A stretch of 61,853 nt of DNA, filler included, from Coriobacteriales bacterium (GTDB taxonomy: Bacteria > Actinomycetota > Coriobacteriia > Coriobacteriales > UBA8131), in NCBI GenBank assembly GCA_031263105.1. It is 5 parts of 5 records of this genome, joined end to end, with 100 filler letters (N's around TTAATTAATTAA, not from the genome) between each part and the next. Parts side by side here need not be neighbours in the genome. Positions count along the whole stretch, not along the records: positions 34,089 to 55,880 come from JAISGJ010000043.1; 4 more parts are not named here. One strand, written 5' to 3'. The notes beneath the pieces were generated by a model. That model was not told where the DNA came from. It made no database searches and was given only the letters and a program-made list of their open reading frames with translations. The stretch's first letter is position 1; every line of letters begins with the position of its first letter. The translations under genes were made by a program, and so were the position numbers. Positions 39,297 to 49,476 of this stretch are shown here, piece by piece.

Positions 39297-42200
39297 CTAT
39301 TCGACGTGCTTGACGAGGGCCGCCTTGCCGCGCGTCACCACCCAGCCGAAGCCCTCCGGCACCGGCTGGCGATAATCGGGCAGATAGCGGCTGACCTTCA
39401 AGGCCTGCTGTGAGTCGAAGCCGTCGGCCACCCATATGCCGTTGCCCGTCGATATCAGCTCACGGTACCACTGCTCATAGCCGAATGACGAGAAGCGGCC
39501 CGGGTCGCCGCCCACCACCACGCCGCCCAACTCCGACTGCCGCCCTGCCGCGAAGAACTGCTCCCAGGCGGCCTTGGTCTCGGCCTCCAGCGCATCGAAG
39601 GCCTCACGCAGGTCGGTGAAGACCACGACCCTCCGGGAGAGCGCCTCCTGCCCGTCGACAAGCAGCGCCGCAAGCGAGGCACTGGTCCGCTCCCTGCCGG
39701 ACACAATCTCGGCGTCGAAGGCCGCACCAACAGTCGCATCGCCGACCGCGTCCTCGGCCTCCAAAGAGCCGCCGACATCGTAGACCGTCAGGTGCTTGCC
39801 CTCGACCCTGCAAAGGACCTTCGTCAGCCCGCGCAGGAACGCCAGGCGCCGCTCGGTGTCCGGACCGACCGCCAGAAAGACCCTGCAGGCGTTGAAGTCG
39901 GCGAAGACCGCCGATATGCTCTCCTTGTCGAAGCCCAGCGGCACACGCTCGAGCGCAACCGATGTCAGGCCGAAGCTGTCGAGGCCGACCGTCTCAGGCA
40001 GCACCGGCAGGGCAGGCGCCTGGAAGCGCTCCGGGTGCGCCTCCTGCTCGGCGGCCAGCCGTGAGACCAGTGCACGGACACTCTCCAGGTCGCTGCCGTC
40101 GAGGGCAAGGTGTGCGCCCTGGAACTCGTGGATCTCGTCCTGCCGCACAAGGCCGCGCATCTTGCCGCTGGGGCGCACCACGCCGCGTATCGACCCGAAG
40201 ATGCTCATATAGTCGTCGTCGCTGTTCATCTCCAGCGCCAGGAACTGCTTGAAGTTCGGGGCGAGCCGGTACGAGACACCGTTGCCGCGCGAGCAGGTGA
40301 GAACGAAGGTGATGCCGTAGCGCGTGCCGTCGCGCGTCAACGCGGTCAGGGCGTCCAGATGCCTGTCATAGAGCTCGTTGAAGACCTCGAAGTTGTTGAT
40401 GACGACGACGATATTGGGCTTCGGTTCGTCGATACCGACGACCCTCCCGTCGGCTGCGGCGTAGGCGGCGTAGCCGCCGTCGATAGCGGAGAACAGGCTG
40501 CGACGGGCATTGAACTCAGCCTCCATCAGCTTGAAGAAGGTCTCGAACTTCTCGGCATCGGCCGCGTAGACGACATCCCCCACCTGCGGGGCGGACCCGA
40601 ACAGCCCCAGGCTCTCCGCGCCGAGGTCGAGGATATAGACGTTGAGGGTCCGGGCGCTGTGCCTTTGCAGCAGGTCGTAGAGAAGGGTGACCAGAAGCTC
40701 GCTCTTGCCAGCGCCTTGGGAGCCGTAGACGACGGCATTGCCGCCCTCGCTGAGCGGCAGCGTGAGCAGGCGCTGCGACTGGCTCTTAGGGTCGTCCAAC
40801 TCGCCGATTGCCGGGTCAAGGCGCATCGTGTCGCCCGCCGTCGCCCTTCCGGCATACTTCTGGCACAGATCCGCCAACGAGACGACCGGCGGTATCGGGG
40901 GCAACCAGAGCTGCGGGGCGACGGCCTTCTCGTCTGCGGCAATCTGGTGGAGGTGCTTGAGCACCGCGACCGACTCCGGCTCACTGGCAGATGCCACAGC
41001 GACAGACAGGCCAACAGGGCCGCCAGACGCCCCTGAGGCACCTTGCCGCCCCTTGGGCTGCAGCTTGGCCTGGAGCAACGGACGCGCCACGTTGGAAATC
41101 AGCACCACCGCATCGTCGACCTTCTTCACGAACTGCTCCTGCGGCCTATACGTGCCGCCGGCATACGCGCCCTGCCCGACGGTGAAGAACTCGTTGTAGC
41201 CCACCAGCAGGCAATAGCGGCCGGGATTGGTGAACTCGGCGGCATCGTCGCGCTTGATCATCTCGCGGCTGTCGGCGGCGTCGGCCACCTTCAGGCAGAG
41301 CTTGAACTTGGCGTTGCTCCAGATCTGGTCGTTGACCACGCCGGAGGGCTTCTGCGTGGCCAGCACCAGATGCACGCCCAGCGAGCGGCCGATGCGGGCA
41401 GCGCTGATCAGCTCGTCCATGAACTCCGGCTGCTGGCTCTTCAGTTCAGCGAACTCGTCTGAGATGATGAAGAGGTGCGGAATCGGCTCCGCGACCACAC
41501 CGGAGCGATACAGCTCCTGGTACTTGTAGATGTCAACCGAGCCCAAGCCTGCCAGGTCGCGGGCGCGGTTGAAGGCGTCCTGGCGTCGCTTCAGCTCCGA
41601 GTTTATCGAGACCAGCGAGCGGTTGATGGCAGCACCGTCGAGATTGGTGATGGTGCCGGACAGGTGCGGCAAGCGGTGCTTCTCCGAATCGAAGATGCCC
41701 GCAAGCCCGCCGCCCTTGTAGTCGATGAGCACGAAGGCGACCTCCTGCGGGCGATAGCTCACCGCCAGCGACAGTATCCACGTGATGATCAGCTCGCTCT
41801 TGCCCGAGCCGGTGGTGCCCGCCACCAGGCCGTGCGGCCCATGGGCGTCCTCGTGGGCATCCAGCATGCTCAAGGCACCCTGCGCATCCACGCCAAGCGG
41901 CGCCTCAAGGGTGTTGATGGGGTCGCTCTCGGCCCAACGCCTGGAGATGTTCAGGTGCTCTGCCCTGCCGACCTCGAACATCTCCAGGAAGCCGATGCCG
42001 TTGGGCAGCACGCCCTTGCCCTCCTCGGAGGCGCTGAGGTACTCGATCCGGCCCAACGCCTCGGAGAAGTCGTTGGCCACTTGGGCACGCACCGCTATGT
42101 CAGGGATAAAGCTCGTCGTCTGCATCGGGCTGGCGGGGTCGCGGTAATCGGCTCCGTTGGGGTTGTCCTGCGGGTAGAGGCGCAGGATGCAGTTGATGTC

Positions 42201-44147
42201 CTTGGGCAGGGCGTGGATGGCGTCGGACAGCGCCAGCGTGTAGAATCCGTAGACGCCGCTGAGCTTCTGCACCTTGGCGAAGACGCCAGCGGACTTCGCC
42301 AGGCCCCTGCTGGCATCGATCAGCACATAATGCACGTCGTAGCTTTCGTCGGACCCGCCCTTCTCGTCGATGCGCTTGGCCAGCGTCGCATCCAACTGCT
42401 TGGAGAGGTAGGTCGCCTCCTGCTGGCTGGTGGCGATGAAGCGCAGCAGCCCGTTGGCGTCAAGGCAATGCGGCAGCCCCTTCATGAAGCCCCAGGCAGC
42501 CTCCTCCCTCGGATCGGCGAGCAGCACGAGCTTCACCTCGTCCGGGGCATGCAGGGCGCAGATCTGCATGATCAGCCCGCGCAGGAAGCGCCAAAGCCCG
42601 TTGCGCGCATCGATGCCCTCCCTGGCGTTACCGAGAAGGCCGCAGTTGTGGTATGTGGCAAGCGGCAGCGAGATGGGGGCGCCTTTCAGCTCCAGCGGGT
42701 TACGAGCGTACTCGAAGGCGCGTTCCAACAGAAGGTCGTCGGTCAGCGCCAGCTTCTCCTGGGGCCACTTGACGCTGGCGGCGAACGGCAGGTCGCCCGT
42801 GCCGACGCGCAGCTCCAAGAAATCGCTGTGGCCGGGTTTGCGCTCGAAGAGCCGACGGTCGCGCTGGCGCACCCGCACGTAGCACTCCTCCACCGAGACC
42901 CGGTTCTCGGTGTGTATCTCCGTCTGGACAAGGCGCTCGTGCTCGATCTCGGCCCAGCGCTTGTCGAGGTATGACACGTACACCTGCTGCCGCCTGGCCT
43001 CGGCCGCATCGGCCTTCCGCTTGTTGTAGCGAGTCTGCAAGGTCGGCCAGAGCAGAGCGCCGGCCAGCATCACGACGACCATGCCCAGCATCGGCACAGC
43101 CTGGGCGATGCTGCCGGAGCCGTCAATGACGTTGGAGAACATCGAGAAGCCCATCAGGGCAGAGACCAAGGCCATGCCGAGAGAGGGACCGATGCGCAGG
43201 ATGGCCGGCGGATCCTCCTGCTTCTGCATGGCAGGCGGCTCTTCGACGGTAAGCTCAGCAGAGGTCACCGAGCGCCAAACGCGTGGCGAGCGGTAGAAGG
43301 CGTTAGGGCTGTCTGTGCCATCGCCGTCGGCATCGCGGTCGAAGGACGCTGCGGCAGCGACACTGCCGACCCTGCCGACGTCCGTGCCGGGCAACTCCGG
43401 CTCCAAGGGGGCGACGACCTCCTGCGACGGCACCGAGAGCAGGCCCTCGGGGTTGTTGACGGCGATGAACCCCGCGCCCAGGATAAGCCGGAACCCCATG
43501 AGGTAGACGCAATCCCCGACCTTCATCTCGAGGGAGCGGCCCGCCCCAAGGGCGACGCCGTTGAGGTAGACCCCGCCCGACCCGGGCAGCGCAACGAGCG
43601 TCACCCCGTCGCACCGCACCTGCAATGCAGCATGACGGGCACCTACCGCCCGACGGTCGAAGACGAGGACGCCGGTCTTTGCGCGACCGATGGTGACCTC
43701 GCCCTCGCGCGGCAAACGGTATTTGCGGTAGCTGCGCGTGCCGTCGCTGACAGGCTCGACGAATAAGGAGAACTCGGCAGCGGTGCCTGCGGCTCCTGTG
43801 CCGCTGTCCACAAGGCCGTCGCACGCTGCGCCCACGATGTCCGCTGCGCCCAAAGCGCCCGCCCCGCCTGTCCGTTCCGCTGCGCTGACAAGGCTGAAGA
43901 GCCCGCCTGTCTGCGGCAGGGCAAGCTCCCGCACAGGTTCGCTGCCCGGCGTGCCGTCAGGCGCCAACAAAGCAAAGGAGGCCGAGGGGCTTATCGCCCA
44001 GATATCGCCGTGCGCCTCGATGGCGGCAATGCGCCGCTCCCTGCCGTGCGCATCCGGCAGTGTCAGCCAATGTTTGCCGGTCACCTCATCCGGCAGAACG
44101 ACGGTCGACAGGCGCTTCCGTGACATCAGCGTCGCCGTATAGGACAT
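39297..44147 (-). CDS. essC: Type VII secretion ATPase EssC (FHA + TM + tandem FtsK domains)
   Basis: FHA-like VTIGR, FYRSPR, two TM helices, HGPHGLVAGTTGSGKSE, LIDYKGGG, ISDEFAELK, RIGRSLGVHLVLATQKP, second Walker A GSQGAGKS, degenerate last domain. Confidence 0.95.
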   Translation of the reverse strand: MSYTATLMSRKRLSTVVLPDEVTGKHWLTLPDAHGRERRIAAIEAHGDIWAISPSASFALLAPDGTPGSEPVRELALPQTGGLFSLVSAAERTGGAGALGAADIVGAACDGLVDSGTGAAGTAAEFSLFVEPVSDGTRSYRKYRLPREGEVTIGRAKTGVLVFDRRAVGARHAALQVRCDGVTLVALPGSGGVYLNGVALGAGRSLEMKVGDCVYLMGFRLILGAGFIAVNNPEGLLSVPSQEVVAPLEPELPGTDVGRVGSVAAAASFDRDADGDGTDSPNAFYRSPRVWRSVTSAELTVEEPPAMQKQEDPPAILRIGPSLGMALVSALMGFSMFSNVIDGSGSIAQAVPMLGMVVVMLAGALLWPTLQTRYNKRKADAAEARRQQVYVSYLDKRWAEIEHERLVQTEIHTENRVSVEECYVRVRQRDRRLFERKPGHSDFLELRVGTGDLPFAASVKWPQEKLALTDDLLLERAFEYARNPLELKGAPISLPLATYHNCGLLGNAREGIDARNGLWRFLRGLIMQICALHAPDEVKLVLLADPREEAAWGFMKGLPHCLDANGLLRFIATSQQEATYLSKQLDATLAKRIDEKGGSDESYDVHYVLIDASRGLAKSAGVFAKVQKLSGVYGFYTLALSDAIHALPKDINCILRLYPQDNPNGADYRDPASPMQTTSFIPDIAVRAQVANDFSEALGRIEYLSASEEGKGVLPNGIGFLEMFEVGRAEHLNISRRWAESDPINTLEAPLGVDAQGALSMLDAHEDAHGPHGLVAGTTGSGKSELIITWILSLAVSYRPQEVAFVLIDYKGGGLAGIFDSEKHRLPHLSGTITNLDGAAINRSLVSINSELKRRQDAFNRARDLAGLGSVDIYKYQELYRSGVVAEPIPHLFIISDEFAELKSQQPEFMDELISAARIGRSLGVHLVLATQKPSGVVNDQIWSNAKFKLCLKVADAADSREMIKRDDAAEFTNPGRYCLLVGYNEFFTVGQGAYAGGTYRPQEQFVKKVDDAVVLISNVARPLLQAKLQPKGRQGASGASGGPVGLSVAVASASEPESVAVLKHLHQIAADEKAVAPQLWLPPIPPVVSLADLCQKYAGRATAGDTMRLDPAIGELDDPKSQSQRLLTLPLSEGGNAVVYGSQGAGKSELLVTLLYDLLQRHSARTLNVYILDLGAESLGLFGSAPQVGDVVYAADAEKFETFFKLMEAEFNARRSLFSAIDGGYAAYAAADGRVVGIDEPKPNIVVVINNFEVFNELYDRHLDALTALTRDGTRYGITFVLTCSRGNGVSYRLAPNFKQFLALEMNSDDDYMSIFGSIRGVVRPSGKMRGLVRQDEIHEFQGAHLALDGSDLESVRALVSRLAAEQEAHPERFQAPALPVLPETVGLDSFGLTSVALERVPLGFDKESISAVFADFNACRVFLAVGPDTERRLAFLRGLTKVLCRVEGKHLTVYDVGGSLEAEDAVGDATVGAAFDAEIVSGRERTSASLAALLVDGQEALSRRVVVFTDLREAFDALEAETKAAWEQFFAAGRQSELGGVVVGGDPGRFSSFGYEQWYRELISTGNGIWVADGFDSQQALKVSRYLPDYRQPVPEGFGWVVTRGKAALVKHVE

Positions 44148-44261
44148 AGATACTCTCCCTGCTCTCACATTCCGGCTGTGGAAGGCGCCCCGACGCGCCA
44201 GCCTCGCCTTATCCGCTTCCCACCCATCGGCCTCGCCGCCGCCATGCCCGTCCCCTCCCGG

Positions 44262-45011
44262 TCACCGGCGCTCATCGGATTCGGCGGCCGGGCCCGCATC
44301 GCCGTCGCTGCCGTCCACGATCTCGCATCGCCAGTTTGTGGCGCGGCCCGTAGCGCGCACAACCGTCCCCGCCTCGTCGCTGTCCAAGAAGGCGCGCGCC
44401 AAGAAGGTGTAGGTGTAGATTTTCTCCGATGTCGTCTCATCGCTCACCAGATTCAGCACGGTCAGCTTCATGTCGCCTGTAAGTCCGTTTTCCTCCAAAA
44501 ACCCGTCCAAGGCCTCGTAGAGCGCACTCCCGTTAATTTCCTGGGGCGGCACATCGTCGTCAAGCCCAACGAAGGTCAGCCTGCCTAAGATAAGCGTATC
44601 GGGGACGTGGGCAGCGCGCACTTTGCACTCCCAACCAGCACCCGTCTTCTGAGCCAAGAGGATCCAACCCGTGCCCTCCGCCCCCTTGTAGGTTATCGGC
44701 ACCTCCGTGTAGTCGACGCCCTTGAAGGGCTCTCCGCTGGTCGTCGGCAGGTACTCCAAGCCGATGTCGCCCGTATAGCCCTTGGAGACAAGTTCGTCGA
44801 GCATAGCAGCCAAGATGAGGTCGGCATCATCCGACACCTGCCCAGGAACCTTGTCCAGCGTCAACCTCAGGTTGTAGGTTTCCCCCACTATCGGCGGAAC
44901 AGCGCAGCCGAGTACACCGAGAGCCAAGAGCGCCAGCAAGGCAACGGTCGTAAGCCGCCCAATAGCAACAACCGCAGCACACTTCCTATCCATCGACTTC
45001 ACCGCCAGCAT
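44262..45011 (-). CDS. Hypothetical lipoprotein in the T7SS locus (candidate immunity/accessory protein)
   Basis: Hydrophobic signal ending VLGC lipobox; ATG after AAGGAAGG. Confidence 0.7.
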   Translation of the reverse strand: MLAVKSMDRKCAAVVAIGRLTTVALLALLALGVLGCAVPPIVGETYNLRLTLDKVPGQVSDDADLILAAMLDELVSKGYTGDIGLEYLPTTSGEPFKGVDYTEVPITYKGAEGTGWILLAQKTGAGWECKVRAAHVPDTLILGRLTFVGLDDDVPPQEINGSALYEALDGFLEENGLTGDMKLTVLNLVSDETTSEKIYTYTFLARAFLDSDEAGTVVRATGRATNWRCEIVDGSDGDAGPAAESDERR

Positions 45012-45047
45012 GGCACCTTCCTTCAATCTCGCATGGGCGCTTGGGGC

Positions 45048-45956
45048 TCATCTCCCATCGCCGCCCGTCTTCTTCCGTGCCCATAAGGCACAGCCACCGA
45101 CTATCAGCGCGTATGCCCCAAGGACGAAAATCAGTATGAGCTGCCAGTAGAGGCTGTCGCCACCGTTTATCACGGTGACGACGTAGATGGCACCGAGTGC
45201 GGCGACCAACACGCCGACCACAACGAGCAGCACGCCGAGCGCCTTAAGGGCGACGGCCAGGGCCTTGCGCCCCCTGCCTGAGCCGCGCTCGACGCCCGCC
45301 GCCGCCTCGTCCGCATCCAGTTTGCGCCTGACCTTCCCGGCACCAACCAGCCTGCCGTAGAGATCCTCCTCTGTGGGCGCCGCGACCTGGTAGGAGCCGT
45401 CCTCGGGGTCGTAGTAGGCCTTGGCCATCCGAGGAAACATGAAGGCCACCACGGCAATCTGCAGCAGGGTTGCCCCGATACAGGTAAAGACCAGCGACCC
45501 CACCATCGGATCCTCTCCGGCCTCAATATCTTTGAGCGCAGTGCTTACCAGAACCAACACGACGAAAGCGTTGACGATACCGAGCGCTATGACAAGGCAC
45601 CTCACGTACAGCGAGCGCTTCGCCTTGGCGAGCGCCACCCTCTCCTGCTCGCCTGTCGCAGCCTCCTGCTGTTCCGTCAGCTCGGCCATCCGGTGGTAGA
45701 ACTTGCACGTGTAGAGCGCAAGGAGGAACAGCACCGGGCTGCCGAAAGCGACGAAACCGCAGACGAGCGCGAGCAGAGCAGCAAGCGACTCAGACATGCC
45801 CAGGTCATACTCAAAATCTACCAGCACCTCCCCGGGGGCGGCCACGAGATAGACCGCCATGGGTACCGAGACCACGAGGCTCGCGACACCGGATACCAGC
45901 ATGATTCTGCGCCAAAGCGCCCTCTTCTTTGTGGTGACCTTGCCACCCTCCTTCAT
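45048..45956 (-). CDS. Multi-TM protein, paralogue of 46673-47569 (candidate immunity protein)
   Basis: About 6 TM helices; LWRRIM, YDPEDGSY and LKALGVLL motifs shared with the paralogue. Confidence 0.78.
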   Translation of the reverse strand: MKEGGKVTTKKRALWRRIMLVSGVASLVVSVPMAVYLVAAPGEVLVDFEYDLGMSESLAALLALVCGFVAFGSPVLFLLALYTCKFYHRMAELTEQQEAATGEQERVALAKAKRSLYVRCLVIALGIVNAFVVLVLVSTALKDIEAGEDPMVGSLVFTCIGATLLQIAVVAFMFPRMAKAYYDPEDGSYQVAAPTEEDLYGRLVGAGKVRRKLDADEAAAGVERGSGRGRKALAVALKALGVLLVVVGVLVAALGAIYVVTVINGGDSLYWQLILIFVLGAYALIVGGCALWARKKTGGDGR

Positions 45957-46014
45957 ATGCCCTCCATCTGAAATACCTCTATCCTTCCTCTAAAACGAAA
46001 CTGCCGTCGGCTTC

Positions 46015-46302
46015 TCACTTCATCTCTTTGGAGAGGGCGTCTATCTCCTTTTGGATGTGGCACGTGGCCTCATAAAGGTCCGAGTCGCCGGAACTCTCGT
46101 ACAGCTCGCCTGCGACGCCCCACATTTTGCCCCCTAGGATGTCAGAGAGCCGGTTGACGTCGTCTCGGAGCGCATCTACCTCGCTGTTGATGTTGTCGAG
46201 CGAACCGAGGTCGTCGTTGATGTCGTCCCTGTAGCGCACCAGCTTGTTGTACTTCTGCCGCGCCGTGGCTGCAGCTATCTTTGCTGCCTTCGAAGTGGCC
46301 AT
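46015..46302 (-). CDS. Small helical protein (WXG100-like partner candidate)
   Basis: 95 aa, helical/charged with a central Trp-Gly; RBS AAGGAAGG; lies among WXG100 genes. Confidence 0.65.
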   Translation of the reverse strand: MATSKAAKIAAATARQKYNKLVRYRDDINDDLGSLDNINSEVDALRDDVNRLSDILGGKMWGVAGELYESSGDSDLYEATCHIQKEIDALSKEMK

Positions 46303-46362
46303 GGCCTTCCTTTCTGTCACTCGCTTCCGACATCCCCACCAAGGGCAGAAGCCGCCCGTCGC

Positions 46363-46656
46363 CTACGGCTTGAGCTGAACGGCGACCCCCGAGTCCCAGT
46401 CGACGTACGACTGCTTCATGGCGGTCAGGTCGTCCCTGATGACCTTGAGGTTGTCGAGGTCGTCCCCCATCTCGGTCCTCAGCTTGTCGTAGACCTTCAC
46501 AAAGGCATCCCGACCGTCGCCCCTCCAAGTCTTCAGCAGGGCATCCGTGGCCGACTCCGCGTCCTTCCTCGACTTCTCGAAGGCACTCGTCGCCCTTTTC
46601 AGGGCGGCAAGCGTAGCATCGAATTGCTTGGTGTCTATCGACTTTACCTGTGCCAT
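46363..46656 (-). CDS. WXG100-family protein
   Basis: 97 aa, central TWRGDGRDAF; ATG after GGAG. Confidence 0.88.
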   Translation of the reverse strand: MAQVKSIDTKQFDATLAALKRATSAFEKSRKDAESATDALLKTWRGDGRDAFVKVYDKLRTEMGDDLDNLKVIRDDLTAMKQSYVDWDSGVAVQLKP

Positions 46657-46672
46657 AATCGTTCTCCTCCGA

Positions 46673-47569
46673 TCATCGGCGGGTGCCGGGCCCGGCACCC
46701 GGGTCCTTCTCGCCGCCGTCCCCACGCGGCTGGGGCCGCGCCTTGCGCTTCTTGGCCGCACCCGTCCTCCTCTGCGCCCCCAAGGTGCGACCGCTACCCA
46801 TCAGCACGGAGGCCACGAGAAGCAGTATCACGGCCCTATAGGTGTCGCCGTCGCCGCTTATCAGGGTGGCAACACCGTAAACAGCTGCGATTACGGCAAG
46901 CAGCACTCCGAGCACCTTCAGGACGACGGATGCCACGCCGCCGTCCGTCCGCACCCGCCTGCGGCGGGCGCGCCCGCCGTCGAACAGTGCGCCCCAAAGC
47001 ACCTCTTGGGTCACCTTGCCCTTCGGGTAGGAGCCGTCCCTGGGGTCGTAGAATGCCCTGCCTATCCCTCTCCAAGTGAGCAGCACCGTCGCCGCCACCG
47101 CCAGGTTTGTCACGCCGAAAACCCAAGGGTAGACCTCCACCGGATGCCCAAGTATGGCATCCTCTTTGAAGGCGATCATGATCGTGCCGTCAATAATGAG
47201 GAGCATCCCGCCCATGACGACGAAAATGACATTCCTCGTCAAGGCGCGATGCCTCTTGGCCAAGACGAGCCGCTCCGCCTCGTCCGTCGCGGCTTCCCGC
47301 ATCTCGATCAGCTGCGCCCCCCGGGCCCTGTAGAACAGCAGTACCGCGAAAAAGAGCAACAACGGAACAAGGAGTACGCAAAAAACGATGGCGGAAACGA
47401 CGGGCACCTCAAACGCTCCCAGAAAACTGAGGTCTATGTACGACGTGTCAAGCCCCATCTCATCGGCGGCGATCCACACACCAACAAGGAGACAGACCGT
47501 GCCCGATGCCACCATGACCCTGCGCCAGAGCACAGCCCTCTGCTCCGATGTCTTGCCGCTTTTCCTCAT
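46673..47569 (-). CDS. Multi-TM protein directly after the candidate effector (candidate cognate immunity)
   Basis: About 6 TM helices; LWRRVM, YDPRDGSY, LKVLGVLL. Confidence 0.78.
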   Translation of the reverse strand: MRKSGKTSEQRAVLWRRVMVASGTVCLLVGVWIAADEMGLDTSYIDLSFLGAFEVPVVSAIVFCVLLVPLLLFFAVLLFYRARGAQLIEMREAATDEAERLVLAKRHRALTRNVIFVVMGGMLLIIDGTIMIAFKEDAILGHPVEVYPWVFGVTNLAVAATVLLTWRGIGRAFYDPRDGSYPKGKVTQEVLWGALFDGGRARRRRVRTDGGVASVVLKVLGVLLAVIAAVYGVATLISGDGDTYRAVILLLVASVLMGSGRTLGAQRRTGAAKKRKARPQPRGDGGEKDPGAGPGTRR

Positions 47570-47586
47570 CGGTCGTCCTTCCGGGG

Positions 47587-48777
47587 TCAGAAGGCGGGCA
47601 CGGAGCCGGACAGGGAGGCCCAGGGAGCGTACCTGCTGTTGCCTATGAACGCCTTCTTGAAGCCCGCGACGGGCTTGATCATGGTGAAGAGGTTGGCACC
47701 CTCAAGAAGCGGGGTGACAGTCGAGTAAGCGGCATGCACGTTTGTCGTGTAGGTCGCAACTTTCTTGATGGTCTGGGCCGACCTTTGGGTCGGCAGCTTG
47801 AACCACGACTTGAGCACCCTCAGCGTCGTGCGCTTCTCCTTCGTGGTGTCGCTCCACCCGACGAGACCCTTACCGACCTGAGCGAGCCCCGACCCCCAGT
47901 TTTTCTTGACCGCACCTAGGTTCTTCTTGACGACCGTCGTCAGCTTCCAGCTCTTGTTGTAACGGTGGAGGTTGAGTGCCTTGCCGACGCTTTTGAGACT
48001 CTTCGCGCCGCCATAGGCAAAGCTCGCCACTTGGCAACCGCAATACAGGTAAGAACCAGCCTGCCGCCCGGCATCCTCCTGTCCGAACTGCGAGCCTACC
48101 CACCCGCCAAGATCCATGAACCCCTCAGCCAGTAAATCCCTGTCGGCCCACCGCTCAGCCTCCAGCCTGTCACCCTTCCGCCATGCGTCGTATGCGGCGA
48201 TCGAGGCGGTCGCATCACTGATCGCACTGATGGCGCCCCAGGTCGCGGCGGCAGCGGCGAGCAGCGCCACGATGCTAAAAGGCATCAGGGCGGCTATCGC
48301 GACGACCGCTAGGACCACTGCGGCTATCGCAAAGACAGTATCCAAAACGGCGTTTATCCAGTACTTGTTCTTCTCGTAAGTCTCAGCTATCCAGTTGCCA
48401 ATCTTCTTGAAGCCCTTGACGACCCTGTCGCAGAACTCGTCCCAGCCCGTCTTGATACCCACGGCCTGGTAGAAGCTCGCCGACGAGTCCCTGACGTGGT
48501 CGGCGACCCTCCTGTCGGCGGCCTCGGCATGCTCGACCGCAGCGTCTATCTTGTCGCGCAGGTTGCGAACCCTGCCGGCCTTGTCGTCGAGTTTCTGGTT
48601 CTTGCAGCGCAGGTAGTAGCTGCACGACGCGAGGTTTGTCCTCGACGTCTTGACGCCGTCGACGCCGCTGGCAATGCCGTCGTAGTCGCTGACGCGGCTC
48701 TCGTACTTGCCGATGAGCACGTCGGCATGATGAGCGACGTCGTCGCGGTAGTCCAGATTTATTATCAGCTTGGCCAT
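47587..48777 (-). CDS. Candidate T7SS effector (helical N-terminus, hydrophobic hairpin, basic C-terminus)
   Basis: About 100-aa helical N-domain, long Ala/Val/Leu-rich hydrophobic stretch, Lys-rich tail; follows two WXG100 genes. Function inferred from context only. Confidence 0.65.
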   Translation of the reverse strand: MAKLIINLDYRDDVAHHADVLIGKYESRVSDYDGIASGVDGVKTSRTNLASCSYYLRCKNQKLDDKAGRVRNLRDKIDAAVEHAEAADRRVADHVRDSSASFYQAVGIKTGWDEFCDRVVKGFKKIGNWIAETYEKNKYWINAVLDTVFAIAAVVLAVVAIAALMPFSIVALLAAAAATWGAISAISDATASIAAYDAWRKGDRLEAERWADRDLLAEGFMDLGGWVGSQFGQEDAGRQAGSYLYCGCQVASFAYGGAKSLKSVGKALNLHRYNKSWKLTTVVKKNLGAVKKNWGSGLAQVGKGLVGWSDTTKEKRTTLRVLKSWFKLPTQRSAQTIKKVATYTTNVHAAYSTVTPLLEGANLFTMIKPVAGFKKAFIGNSRYAPWASLSGSVPAF

Positions 48778-48856
48778 GATAGGGCCTCCGTGGTCGTTGC
48801 CGTGACAAACAGCAGGCCGAAGCCCCGCGTCAAAGCGGTTCTCCGGGCCACATCTC

Positions 48857-49156
48857 TCAGCCCTTCAGCTGCGAAGCAAGATCCGCATCGGTCTGCTCAA
48901 GGGAATCGGCCACACCAGCGAGCTGTTTTCCCAAACCGGCGAGCAGCTCGGGAATCTGCGTTGTGAGCAGCTTCCGGTACTCCCTGTTGTAGGTCGAAAG
49001 GAAGGTATCCCGCGCCGCGCCGTCCCAAGAGCTAACCAAGGTGTCGAGGTCTTTGTTGACCCGCCTTGCGATGTTGCCGATGTCAGTTGAATATGTCGCC
49101 AGCTTTTTGTTTGTTCTTCTCAAATCGTCAGGAGTTATTCTTATGCGTCCTGCCAT
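48857..49156 (-). CDS. WXG100-family protein
   Basis: MAGRIRITPDDL...SWDGAARDTF...ADSLEQTD. Confidence 0.93.
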   Translation of the reverse strand: MAGRIRITPDDLRRTNKKLATYSTDIGNIARRVNKDLDTLVSSWDGAARDTFLSTYNREYRKLLTTQIPELLAGLGKQLAGVADSLEQTDADLASQLKG

Positions 49157-49178
49157 GTTCTCACTTCCTCATATGATG

Positions 49179-49475
49179 TCATAGATACAATGACTTCAGC
49201 TCGTCGTAGATTGCCAGGTACTCTTCTCTGGCCTTTTGCAGACAGCTCTCGATATGCTTCAGCATCTTCACCCGCTTGGTCATGTTCCCCGTCCAAGCGT
49301 TGTTGTAGTGCTTGAAGTAGGCCGTGGCTGCACTGGACTTCCAGCCGCTGTTCTTGAGCAGGTTGATGGCCTTGTCCAAGCTCTTGATCGAACTCTCAAG
49401 GTCTCTGACGACCCTAGTGTAGGCCGACTGCGCCTTCGCCAGCTTGTTGAGGTCTATCTCTACCCGGCGCACCAT
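49179..49475 (-). CDS. WXG100-like protein
   Basis: 98 aa, GWKSSAATAY variant of the WxG turn. Confidence 0.8.
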   Translation of the reverse strand: MVRRVEIDLNKLAKAQSAYTRVVRDLESSIKSLDKAINLLKNSGWKSSAATAYFKHYNNAWTGNMTKRVKMLKHIESCLQKAREEYLAIYDELKSLYL

Positions 49476-49476
49476 C

